52,335 nucleotides of DNA from a virus (Duplodnaviria; Caudoviricetes), in the IMG/VR virus record IMGVR_UViG_3300036851_000202, positions 1-52,335 of that record, one strand, 5' to 3'. The notes under the pieces were generated by a model. It did no database searches. It was not told the DNA's origin and was given only the letters and a program-made list of their open reading frames with translations. Position 1 is the stretch's first letter, and each line of letters starts with the position of its first letter. The position numbers were made by a program, and so were the translations under genes. Below, in pieces: positions 42,923 to 51,297 of this stretch.

Positions 42923-44599
42923 TCATTTCTTGTATTCCTTTGAGACTCCGTAAGCGGCTGCGGCATACACTCGCAGCCAATCCTTTCGCGGAATCCTTAG
43001 CCCTCGCTTCAGGCCCTCGATGGCCGGATCAACGAAGGTCACTGGCTTGCCGTCAATCATCACGTCGATGCGGCGGTTTGGCAGTAATTGATTCAGGACG
43101 TGGCGGCCCTCGCCGGCCTTGGAGCGATAGCCCAATTCAAGACAGGCCTGATCCGCCCCGACGTTCGCCTCAGTGATGCTTTTGGCGTACCAAAAATCGT
43201 TAAATTGCTTAGAGAAATTCTCGTGAGCCTTCTCAACGACACCCACAGCCCCGCGCACTCCGCTTCCCCGAGTGGCACGAAAGACGGCATCGGCGTAGTC
43301 ATCGCGAGACTCCTGCAATCCCTGCTGGAATGAGTCTCCGGCGGCATACAGGCCAGCCACGCGGTCAACTGTTGCAAACCTACCGTCCTTGCTAGAAAGG
43401 TCGTCGAACAGATCGAGTTCGCCGATGCCGCCGCCAAGAAGAATCGGGACTTCATTACGTACCGCCTGCACGCCTCCAGTTGGCCCGTGACACCTAATGC
43501 ACGAGGCCATCGGATACAACTGCTTCTCGTGAGGGTCGGGCACACGGTGGTCGCTCACCAGATTCGGCGGCGCGACATCGACCAACTTGCCAGCGCCGTC
43601 TGTGAGCAAATATCCGAGCGTGCCGTTGGCGCGATGAAAAATGATTTCCTTGCCGCGGGCTCGATCAACTCCGTCAACAAGGTTGTAAATTGCGTGCCGC
43701 GAAGCATCGACATCCTCAGCGAAAATGTCGTAGGTGATGCGAGCCCGGCCGACTGCGCCTTGAACTTGCTCGACAGTTCGCGGCTTGCCGGTGACACCAG
43801 ATTGGAAAATTGCTGCGCGGTCGTCGCCTTCGACCTTGCGGGAGAGGAAAACGTCTAACCCAACGAGCTTAAAAATCTCTCGCTCGTCAAGCCGGTGGCC
43901 ATCACGGATAAAGCCGATAGCGTGATAGTAGAGCCCGCCCTCGATCGTACTGCTGAGCCGTCTGAGGAAATCATCAGCCCGCACAAGCGGAGCAAAGCAC
44001 GAAGTCTCTTGCTCAAGTAAGGTGTACCCCTGCGCGACGTGGGGGGCCGGGATAAATTTCCGCCCATGATAGGTTTTCCCGTCGATGTGAACGTAGGGCT
44101 GGCTCGCCACTGACCCACCAAGAGACAGAGGAACTTCGGCGTGAAAGTACGGTTCCTGAATCGCCAGGGCGTTCCAGCAGATCAGCAGCCGACGCAGGTC
44201 GTCCGGCTTGGGGGCCAGCTTCCGCAAGTCCCACACGATCATCCGGCCGCCATAGAGAACTTCCGGCAGCACGATCAATGACGACTGATTGCAAGCTGAA
44301 TTCACCACGAGCGAGTTCGCCTCTACCCAGGTCGAGTCGCCCCACTCTGGAATGGCAATCCATCGCAGGTACGGGATGCTGGCGGGGTCCGTCTGCTGCC
44401 GCATCTTCAGGTCGAGCACTGCCCAGGCTACAAAGTCGGTCGTATCAGGGACTCGCGTGTATTCGTAGGGACCGGCCGGGACTGCCGGGGCGCTGATTCG
44501 CGGCGCAGGGGCCCACTGCGCAGGATCGAAGCCCGGCAACGGCCGCGAAAGTGAAGGGTCGATTTGGCCGACTAGCGCGACCATCAATAACTCCCACAT
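42923..44599 (-). CDS. large protein with CxxCH motif
   Basis: EIIF..ANG..GYLLTDGAG..VDVAP...VSD...SCIRCHG resembles a planctomycete cytochrome-c-like family. Confidence 0.65.
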   Translation of the reverse strand: MWELLMVALVGQIDPSLSRPLPGFDPAQWAPAPRISAPAVPAGPYEYTRVPDTTDFVAWAVLDLKMRQQTDPASIPYLRWIAIPEWGDSTWVEANSLVVNSACNQSSLIVLPEVLYGGRMIVWDLRKLAPKPDDLRRLLICWNALAIQEPYFHAEVPLSLGGSVASQPYVHIDGKTYHGRKFIPAPHVAQGYTLLEQETSCFAPLVRADDFLRRLSSTIEGGLYYHAIGFIRDGHRLDEREIFKLVGLDVFLSRKVEGDDRAAIFQSGVTGKPRTVEQVQGAVGRARITYDIFAEDVDASRHAIYNLVDGVDRARGKEIIFHRANGTLGYLLTDGAGKLVDVAPPNLVSDHRVPDPHEKQLYPMASCIRCHGPTGGVQAVRNEVPILLGGGIGELDLFDDLSSKDGRFATVDRVAGLYAAGDSFQQGLQESRDDYADAVFRATRGSGVRGAVGVVEKAHENFSKQFNDFWYAKSITEANVGADQACLELGYRSKAGEGRHVLNQLLPNRRIDVMIDGKPVTFVDPAIEGLKRGLRIPRKDWLRVYAAAAYGVSKEYKK

Positions 44600-44618
44600 T
44601 GACCGGGCTCCCCGGTGT

Positions 44619-44876
44619 TCAACTCCCGAACCAACTCCGCACGATCAACGCCACGCTTCCCACAAGCATCAAGGCGAGACTGCCGAAGATGACGAACGCT
44701 TCGTAGTCGATGTTCGCGGCGTAGGTTAGGAAGCGTTTCCAGAGGCTCAGCTTGAGTCCCTTCCGGTCCGCCGGTTCGGTCCACAGGCTGTCTTTCGGCG
44801 GCGGCAATGTGCAGTCGGCCAGCACGCTGCCGCTGTCAATCTCACCCTCCGGCACTGTCCAGATTTGATCGTTCAT
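44619..44876 (-). CDS. small membrane protein
   Basis: C-terminal TM segment; ATGA overlap with the protease gene. Confidence 0.5.
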   Translation of the reverse strand: MNDQIWTVPEGEIDSGSVLADCTLPPPKDSLWTEPADRKGLKLSLWKRFLTYAANIDYEAFVIFGSLALMLVGSVALIVRSWFGS

Positions 44877-45610
44877 TGCCACACCTTGCTCCCGCTCAGA
44901 GTGACCTTCTTGCCGCCAAGCTCTGCGGAAATCTCGCACGTAAAGCGGTCGCCCTTGGGCAGCGCTTTCATCGTGCAGACCAGCATTTCGCCTGGCGGCG
45001 GCTCTGGTGACGGTGCCAGCTCCGCCGGTCCGAACATCTTCATGGCGATACTCGCCTCATCCGCTTGAGGCTCCCAAATTTGTGGGTTGTACCGCTTGTT
45101 CATCAGGTCAGGAGTACCGTCATCGTCCAAGTGCGGGAAGCCAATGATATGGCCCCACTCATGCGCGCCGACGTGGGCCAACCCGATCGTGTTCCTCTCC
45201 GGCACGCCGAAGACCTCCACGAACTGCTCCATGTCCAGCCGCATCCGTTGCTGCTTTTGCCCTGTGTAGAGTTCGGCATCGGCAAGAATCCCGAGCGGCC
45301 CGTCGATGGTCGTGACCTTCACCAGCACATTGGCCGACGCTTTCGTAACGGCCTGCTTAGGCCGGTGCTTGCATACCTTGGACCACGCGGAGAACGCCGA
45401 TTGCAGCACAGATTCCGTCTTGCCGTCTGACCAACCGGCAATCCTCCCTTCCAGCCACCACGTCCAATCAGGAGACGGAATGGGGTAGAGCTTGCCGTCT
45501 AGGCGAAATTCTTCTTTGACTCCGCAGTAGTGGATTTCCTCTGCGAAGTCACCGGTTGCGCGAGCGATTTGCGGAACAGACCGCCTCGGCTTGCTGGATT
45601 TTTTTGCCAC
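44873..45610 (-). CDS. matrixin-like (M10, metzincin) zinc metalloprotease
   Basis: AFSAWSKV...DGPLGILADA...AHEWGHIIGFPH...LMNKRY (HExxHxxGxxH plus Met-turn). Confidence 0.85.
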   Translation of the reverse strand: MAKKSSKPRRSVPQIARATGDFAEEIHYCGVKEEFRLDGKLYPIPSPDWTWWLEGRIAGWSDGKTESVLQSAFSAWSKVCKHRPKQAVTKASANVLVKVTTIDGPLGILADAELYTGQKQQRMRLDMEQFVEVFGVPERNTIGLAHVGAHEWGHIIGFPHLDDDGTPDLMNKRYNPQIWEPQADEASIAMKMFGPAELAPSPEPPPGEMLVCTMKALPKGDRFTCEISAELGGKKVTLSGSKVWQ

Positions 45611-45613
45611 GGA

Positions 45614-45961
45614 CTACCCCGCCGGAAAGAGTTTCTTCAGCAGGTCCAGGGCGCCCGTCAGGAAGCCCGCCAACTGCGGGGCCAACTTGAGCAGCGTGAA
45701 AATGCCACGCAGCCCGCTGAAGTCAATCACGGCCTGAGACGTTCCGCCTGCGGTCAGGCACTGGGCGATCTGCGATTCCGCAGCGGCCTCTTCCTCGGTC
45801 GGCGTCACGAGCTCCAGGCCGCCACTGGCCGCAGCCGGTGCGGGAATCACCTTGGCGGCGATTTGCTTGACCAGCTCCACAAGCTGCATGACCAGCGGCC
45901 ACACTTCGGCCAGCTTCGGTCCAAACGCGAGCAGGGTCTTCAACAGGTCGATGTACTTCAT
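45614..45961 (-). CDS. amphipathic/hydrophobic protein (holin-like)
   Basis: MKYIDLLKTLLAFGPKLAEVWPL...; GAGG RBS; directly upstream of the protease. Confidence 0.5.
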   Translation of the reverse strand: MKYIDLLKTLLAFGPKLAEVWPLVMQLVELVKQIAAKVIPAPAAASGGLELVTPTEEEAAAESQIAQCLTAGGTSQAVIDFSGLRGIFTLLKLAPQLAGFLTGALDLLKKLFPAG

Positions 45962-46120
45962 TTGCACTTCCTCACTTGAAAACAGGATTGGTTCAGTTAA
46001 CGGGTTGACATACACTTCCCCGCCGTACATCTCGGCGTAGGACTCGGCGAGTGCTTGCGATCGTGCGGGGATCTTGTCGGGGCTGCCTTTGCGGGTGTAG
46101 TAGTAGGTCGTCACTGTAAA

Positions 46121-46212
46121 AACTTCTGGATGGAATCGAACCACCGACAAGTCCTGTCGCTACCAGGACACCACGGGAGCGACCCGCTGCTCTGCCACTG
46201 AGCTACAGAAGC
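46121..46212 (-). ncRNA. tRNA-like RNA with two hairpins replacing the anticodon/variable arms
   Basis: Acceptor GCTTCTG/CAGAAGT; D arm GCTC-AGTGGCA-GAGC; T arm GGTGG-TTCGATT-CCATC; central hairpins GCGGG-TCGCT-CCCGT and GTCCTG-GTAGCGA-CAGGAC. Confidence 0.8.
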
Positions 46213-46217
46213 CAAAT

Positions 46218-46508
46218 TCACTTCACGTCCTCCAACACGGTCTGCGCCTTGACAATCTCCGCGGCCAGTTCCCGCCCCTGGTCGCTGCCTTCCTTCTCCA
46301 GCAGCGCGGCAATCTTCGTGGCCCGCTCGTTATCGAGCCACACGCCGGGGACAGCATCCGCGCCGATCTTCTCGGCTTTCTTCACCGCCTGGTCGTAGCG
46401 CAGGTCAACAGCGCCGACGTGCTCGCCGTGGATGATGGCGGGCGCGGCGAACGGCTCGGGGATGATTACCGTGCCGGATTCGGATGGTGGTTTGCGGCGA
46501 GACGGCAC
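46218..46508 (-). CDS. hypothetical protein
   Basis: 96-aa ORF ending 6 nt before the tRNA-like RNA. Confidence 0.5.
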   Translation of the reverse strand: MPSRRKPPSESGTVIIPEPFAAPAIIHGEHVGAVDLRYDQAVKKAEKIGADAVPGVWLDNERATKIAALLEKEGSDQGRELAAEIVKAQTVLEDVK

Positions 46509-46614
46509 GGCGAAACCGTTATGGTTTCACCCTGCCGGGCAGGATGCCGCGTCAGAGTGCGAATCGTTTAACCGGCGGCCAAGATGGCGCACCGGAGCAA
46601 TTGCTAGGGGAATC

Positions 46615-46881
46615 CTAAACCTTGACGGGGGTTGATGTCAACGCGAAGCCGTGCCAGTACCGCAGTTTCTCGTTCAGCGTCAGTTTGGAATCCTCGTCCA
46701 ATTGGTCCGTTGCGAATGTCACGCAGATACTTCCGCTGGTCACGTCAATAGCGATGTCCTTGACTTCAGTACCGCCGTCCGTGAATGCGCTAATTTCATC
46801 ATCCGAGACAACCGAATCCCACAGGCTGTCGCCGACGCGAGGCACGATGGGAAGCCGAACGTTGCGGCTGGCGTAAGCCAT
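46615..46881 (-). CDS. hypothetical protein
   Basis: 88 aa; LPIVPRVGD motif; may start further upstream. Confidence 0.5.
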   Translation of the reverse strand: MAYASRNVRLPIVPRVGDSLWDSVVSDDEISAFTDGGTEVKDIAIDVTSGSICVTFATDQLDEDSKLTLNEKLRYWHGFALTSTPVKV

Positions 46882-46935
46882 GCCGTCCGTTCCTACAAGA
46901 AAAACCGGAATGTGCTAGTTCGCAAACCCAAGCGG

Positions 46936-47121
46936 TTACGGTCGTCGCGAGCGGGCCGCGATGTCCCAGCCAGCAGTGAGCGCGACCAAGCCGCCCATGC
47001 CCGCAATGACGTAGCCGAGCACCGATTGGTAGTAGATGCCGTAGGCCACGCCAAACGCGCAAACGACTAGGTTGACGAGCAGCTCCGGCCAGGGCGGCCC
47101 GCGCCGGCGAACTTTCGTCAT
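46936..47121 (-). CDS. small two-TM membrane protein
   Basis: Two hydrophobic segments. Confidence 0.5.
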   Translation of the reverse strand: MTKVRRRGPPWPELLVNLVVCAFGVAYGIYYQSVLGYVIAGMGGLVALTAGWDIAARSRRP

Positions 47122-47124
47122 GGC

Positions 47125-47298
47125 TCACCCCTTCGCCTGATTGCCCCGGTTCGACTTCCCCTTCGCGGCCCGCTTCTTCGCCTTAGCCTTCTTGCTGGGC
47201 AGCTTCTTCGGGTCCACCTTCAGGATGCCTGAGACGAAGGCGTCGAAGGGGAGGGGGACGTGGAGGGTCTGTCCAGGTGTCCTAGTCGGTTTCTTCAT
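47125..47298 (-). CDS. 57-aa Lys-rich protein (below the ORF-track cutoff)
   Basis: Translated by hand: MKKPTRTPGQTLHVPLPFDAFVSGILKVDPKKLPSKKAKAKKRAAKGKSNRGNQAKG. Confidence 0.55.
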   Translation of the reverse strand: MKKPTRTPGQTLHVPLPFDAFVSGILKVDPKKLPSKKAKAKKRAAKGKSNRGNQAKG

Positions 47299-47398
47299 GG
47301 AATCCGGCCTTAAAGGCTGTTCAGTTATCGCCTTCCGTCAAACGGGCGATTATGGTAAAAGACTGGTCTTTTCCTCACCTGTCCCCAAGGATTCCGCC

Positions 47399-47971
47399 AT
47401 GACGCCTGAAGCGATTAAAGACCGCGCCAAGCGAATCATCGTGGAGTTGGTTCGCCAAGCCGGCGGTGTATTCTACAACAAGACCAACCTTTACAAGGCG
47501 TTCTGGCGGGCGCATCTCGCCTACGCCGAAACCAATCCCGGCTATCTATCCGCTTGGCCCATCGTGAAGATGCCGGAGGGGCCGGGGATCGACCGATTCA
47601 ACCGCCTCTGCGGCGAGATGCTGGAGGACGGTTGGCTGGACCTCCGCGAGCAGCAATCCGGTCCTCACACGGGAATGGTCTTTGACTTGGGCGAAACTCC
47701 GCCCCCCTGTGCGCTGGACAAGAACGCCGTGGCGGCAATCAGGGCTGGAGTAGCAGTAGCCGGCAAGTGGGCCGCCACCGTGAGCGATGAATCCCACCGC
47801 GATTCGCGAGCGTGGAACCAGGCGGCAATGGGCAAGGAGCTGGACGTTTACAGCGACTTGCTATCCAACGAAGAACTGGCCGAATTGGACAAGGGCCTAG
47901 AGTCGCTTGCTGCGGCGGCAGGATATGCACTATCGGATCGAACGAAAATGAGCGTCAACCCAGTGGGTTAG
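47399..47971 (+). CDS. Panacea/SocA (DUF4065)-like antitoxin domain protein
   Basis: KTNLYKAFWRAHL.Y.......LS.W...KMPEGP...SDESH....W. Confidence 0.7.
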   Translation: MTPEAIKDRAKRIIVELVRQAGGVFYNKTNLYKAFWRAHLAYAETNPGYLSAWPIVKMPEGPGIDRFNRLCGEMLEDGWLDLREQQSGPHTGMVFDLGETPPPCALDKNAVAAIRAGVAVAGKWAATVSDESHRDSRAWNQAAMGKELDVYSDLLSNEELAELDKGLESLAAAAGYALSDRTKMSVNPVG

Positions 47972-48307
47972 CTCGGTTTCGGTCTTGTACTCGATCTGCT
48001 CAAGTTCCTTCAGCGCACGCAGGTCGCCGTCGCTGAGATCCCGCCGCGCAGATCGAATTGACAGGTAGCGAACGACGCCCAGATAGAGACCTAACTGCAG
48101 CCCGGAGTACAAATACTCCGAGAAGTATCGAGTCATAAAGGCGATGGCCAGTTCCCTTGGACCGGCGCAGTGCAGCGAGTCGGTCGCCATGAATTCATCG
48201 AAGTCATGCACCACGCGAAAGCGGCGAGGATCGCCGTTCGTGCGGGTAATAGCGTGGTCGATGATCGTGCGAAACTGAATCCGAAAATCCGCCGATGGAA
48301 CGTGCAT
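47930..48307 (-). CDS. hypothetical protein
   Basis: 125 aa; directly downstream of the tRNA and convergent with the Panacea-like gene. Confidence 0.45.
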   Translation of the reverse strand: MHVPSADFRIQFRTIIDHAITRTNGDPRRFRVVHDFDEFMATDSLHCAGPRELAIAFMTRYFSEYLYSGLQLGLYLGVVRYLSIRSARRDLSDGDLRALKELEQIEYKTETELTHWVDAHFRSIR

Positions 48308-48334
48308 CTTCGCTTGTCCTCGCTACAATGTAAG

Positions 48335-48431
48335 TGCGGCGGACGGGACTCGAACCCGTATGAGGGCCTTGCTAAGGGGACCACTCGCCCGATCCCAAAT
48401 CGGGTGCGGCTACCAGTTTCGCCACCGCCGC
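48335..48431 (-). tRNA. class II (Leu-like body) tRNA with UGG (Pro) anticodon and 28-nt variable region
   Basis: GCGGCGG/CCGCCGC-A; D arm GCG-AAACTGGTAGC-CGC; CCCGA-TTTGGGA-TCGGG; ACGGG-TTCGAGT-CCCGT; CCA not encoded. Confidence 0.85.
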
Positions 48432-48680
48432 GCTTTCTCATTCACAACGTGCATCCTGTTGCACTTCTTCTTGGTGCGGGTCGCGGCGGCCTAGCCGCGG
48501 CCCCACCAACGGGCCAACTAGACGGATTGTAGGGCCTTCCACCACCCAATTCAATGGCCGTCCTGATATCTGTCGGCCGGACCACGCCGCGGATGAACTC
48601 CGGCCGGCTCTTGACCTCCCACGTGGTGCTGATAAAGTTTATCAGTGGAGTTGACATGAATCCGTGTTAGGAGAGTGACC

Positions 48681-49559
48681 ATGCCCAGAAATGATCCTGA
48701 ACTCCCGGTGGCGCAAGCTGGTAGCCGACGCAAGCGGAGTCCGATGTACCCCTCTCTCACGCTTGAGCAGGCCCTGCAACGCGCTGAAGTGCTTCACGAC
48801 AAGTGCGGCGAACACACCTCAACGCTTGAAGAGGCGGCGGTGGCTTGGGGGCAAAGCCCGACGAGCAGTGGCGTGCTACAGGCGGTTTCCGCCTTGAAAC
48901 AGTACGGATTGCTGGCGGATGAGGGAAGCCGCGAAGATCGCCTTGTCCGCCTGACCGATGCGGCCCTGGACATTCTGATCCATGAGCCTGGATCGGCAGA
49001 GAGGCGTCGGCTCATTCAAGAAGCTGCTCTCACCCCGAAATTGCACCGGGAACTATGGGACAAATTCGGAGGCTCCCTGCCACCAAACGACGGGCCGCTT
49101 CGCCTTTACCTATTGCGACAGCGTGAGGAAAGCACATTTAACCATGCCCATGTGGACAGTTTTATCAGCGATTTCCGCGAGACGATAGCCTTTGCGAAGC
49201 TGGTGCCGATGTCTATAATCGCGATGGCAGATGACAGCGAGTCCGAGAGTAGCGAGTCGAGCGGTTCCATGAGCCTATCGTCAGAGAGTTCCAGCGTCAG
49301 CAGTGTAAGTAGCGCTGGCAGTTTTAGCAGTTCCACCCGTAATTTGCCGACGAATCCTGCTGGGAAGCAGGCTGGGCAAGTATTGCGAATCCCCGTGACG
49401 CTGCCGACCCTAAAGGTAGCCTGGCTCGAAGTTCCCGAGCGGATGACTGAGGCGGAATTCAGCACGCTTCGTGATGCACTGAACCTGTTTCATGATGCCC
49501 TTGTAGTGTCGCCGCAGGTGCCCGCTGATCCGCAGCAGCCGGGGCCGGCTGCTACTTAG
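48681..49559 (+). CDS. accessory protein, probable winged-helix N-terminus
   Basis: RSPMYPSLTLEQAL...AWGQSPTSSG....SALKQYGLL...VRLT; AGGAG RBS; Ser-rich linker. Confidence 0.7.
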   Translation: MPRNDPELPVAQAGSRRKRSPMYPSLTLEQALQRAEVLHDKCGEHTSTLEEAAVAWGQSPTSSGVLQAVSALKQYGLLADEGSREDRLVRLTDAALDILIHEPGSAERRRLIQEAALTPKLHRELWDKFGGSLPPNDGPLRLYLLRQREESTFNHAHVDSFISDFRETIAFAKLVPMSIIAMADDSESESSESSGSMSLSSESSSVSSVSSAGSFSSSTRNLPTNPAGKQAGQVLRIPVTLPTLKVAWLEVPERMTEAEFSTLRDALNLFHDALVVSPQVPADPQQPGPAAT

Positions 49560-49623
49560 CTGATTGGCCGCCTTCCTGGCCGTTCCGCTCGCCTACTGGC
49601 ACATAGTTCGATGTCGAACATAA

Positions 49624-49824
49624 CTACTTTGCCTTCGCAGGTGGTTGAATAACGGTCAACCCGTCCGGGTGCAAAATGACGACGGTAATTTTAGCCCCGT
49701 CCTCTCTGGTCTGAACAGTGAGCGGACCCGAGCACGTCTCGAATGTGACCGGCCGATCCTTGAGCTGACTGGCGGAGTGGTTTCGCAGCTTACGCGCTTT
49801 CGCTGACTCGTCCTTGCGGCTCAT
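49624..49824 (-). CDS. small hypothetical protein
   Basis: AGGA RBS; last gene of the minus-strand run. Confidence 0.5.
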   Translation of the reverse strand: MSRKDESAKARKLRNHSASQLKDRPVTFETCSGPLTVQTREDGAKITVVILHPDGLTVIQPPAKAK

Positions 49825-49846
49825 GGCGGTTCCTTCCTGGGTGCGG

Positions 49847-50038
49847 TCAGTGGGCGTTCATGGACGTAGCTTTGTTCTCTGTGATTTCCACGCCTGTTCG
49901 TCTCTCAACTTCGCGCGGGTCGCCGCCGCACTCCCTGACGAGAGATTCCTGGTATCCCCAGCCGACCCGAGAGTTCGCTTCGTTCACTGGATTCCACGGC
50001 CAGCCGTTGATTGTGACTTCATCGTTTCCGGCCATCAC
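49847..50038 (-). CDS. small hypothetical protein
   Basis: AGGAG RBS. Confidence 0.45.
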   Translation of the reverse strand: MMAGNDEVTINGWPWNPVNEANSRVGWGYQESLVRECGGDPREVERRTGVEITENKATSMNAH

Positions 50039-50214
50039 TCCACTCCTACGTCGTTGGGGGTTGGGTCAATTCCGGCAGTCTCGCCACGACAGCACAATCG
50101 CAATGCAGCACCCGATCAGCGCACCGATCAATGCGGCCGCTTGCCCGAACAGACCGCCAATGCCGCAACCAAGGGCGTATGCCCCGACGATTGTGCAAAA
50201 GACTTCACTGGCTT

Positions 50215-50424
50215 TCATCGCTTCCCTCGCTTCGGGCGGGCGGCGCGGACCAAGCGGCGGTAGTCGGCTTCGCGGATGACGACGACGCGGCACAACTCGC
50301 CTCTGATATGCGGGCGGCCACCGCCTCGGGGGATTCTTGGCGGCGAGCCATTCCCGATGAGTCCGAACATCCGGCCATCGCGAACCTCGCCCCACGCACG
50401 CACCGCTTCGACCTTACGCTTCAT
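50215..50424 (-). CDS. small basic hypothetical protein
   Basis: ATGA-coupled. Confidence 0.45.
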   Translation of the reverse strand: MKRKVEAVRAWGEVRDGRMFGLIGNGSPPRIPRGGGRPHIRGELCRVVVIREADYRRLVRAARPKRGKR

Positions 50425-50451
50425 GGGTTGGGCCTTTCGTTGTGAGGGCGG

Positions 50452-51198
50452 CTAAATGTGGCGCACCGGCACAACGACCAGACGACGTAGTTTCCGTCTA
50501 GCCTCGCGTCTCGCTCGCCGCACTTCGGGCAGATTTCGTGGATGGTTCGCTTGATGCTCATGCGTTCCTTTCGATTTGACAAGCTCGCAGAGGAAAGCGA
50601 CAGCGGCTTCGCGGGAGGGCCAGTAGTGCTCATCGCCGAGGTCTGGGTTGTCGTCCCACAGCTCGGTTACGCGATTCGCCGCACCCGCCCTACCATCGGT
50701 GATCCACCACTGGCCATCGCGACCGGAAAACAGGCTTGGCTCAATCCAGTACCGCCTGCCCTTCCACTCTTTCATCATCGCGTCAATTTCCCTGCTGGCG
50801 GCAATCTCAATATCGAGCATTTCGACCACACTGATTCCTCGCCGCATAGACTCGCTCTCCAGGTACTGCACCCATCGACGATCTGGTAGCGGCGTTGACC
50901 CTGCCTGCTCCGCTGGCGGCGCGGCGGCTGGGGATTCCAGGGCCAGTAGCGCTTCAATAGTGTCGCTGTCCGTGATTGGCGGAACTGTGGCTAGAAACTC
51001 TGCGCCGGTCAGCGTGGCGGCTGGGGTGGCGAGAGCGGCGCGAAGCTCACGAGCGCATCGCCTCAGACCAGTCGCTCGGTCCCATCGGTGGCTGCATTCC
51101 TGCGGCGGAAGGTTTACTGTGGACTTGTCTATCGAGTCCGCTTCGGACTCCCACGCTTCAATCAGCCGCTCCGCTGCGGCCTGGGGGTTCTCAGTCAT
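50452..51198 (-). CDS. hypothetical phage protein
   Basis: 248 aa; GGAG RBS. Confidence 0.55.
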   Translation of the reverse strand: MTENPQAAAERLIEAWESEADSIDKSTVNLPPQECSHRWDRATGLRRCARELRAALATPAATLTGAEFLATVPPITDSDTIEALLALESPAAAPPAEQAGSTPLPDRRWVQYLESESMRRGISVVEMLDIEIAASREIDAMMKEWKGRRYWIEPSLFSGRDGQWWITDGRAGAANRVTELWDDNPDLGDEHYWPSREAAVAFLCELVKSKGTHEHQANHPRNLPEVRRARREARRKLRRLVVVPVRHI

Positions 51199-51297
51199 GG
51201 GCGGTTCTCCGTGATCCTGATTCGCTGCTCGTGATCGACGATGATGCTTTCGTGTTGTTGCTGGACGGCTGACGTTAGGCGGCTCTCGGCCTCCCGG

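Noticed and set aside
46121-46212. tmRNA or intron-containing tRNA
   Set aside because: Too short for tmRNA and it has a full D stem; no group I core or bulge-helix-bulge motif.
47125-47398. IS remnant suggested by the small VPLPFD...LKVDPK protein
   Set aside because: No transposase, terminal inverted repeats or target duplication visible.
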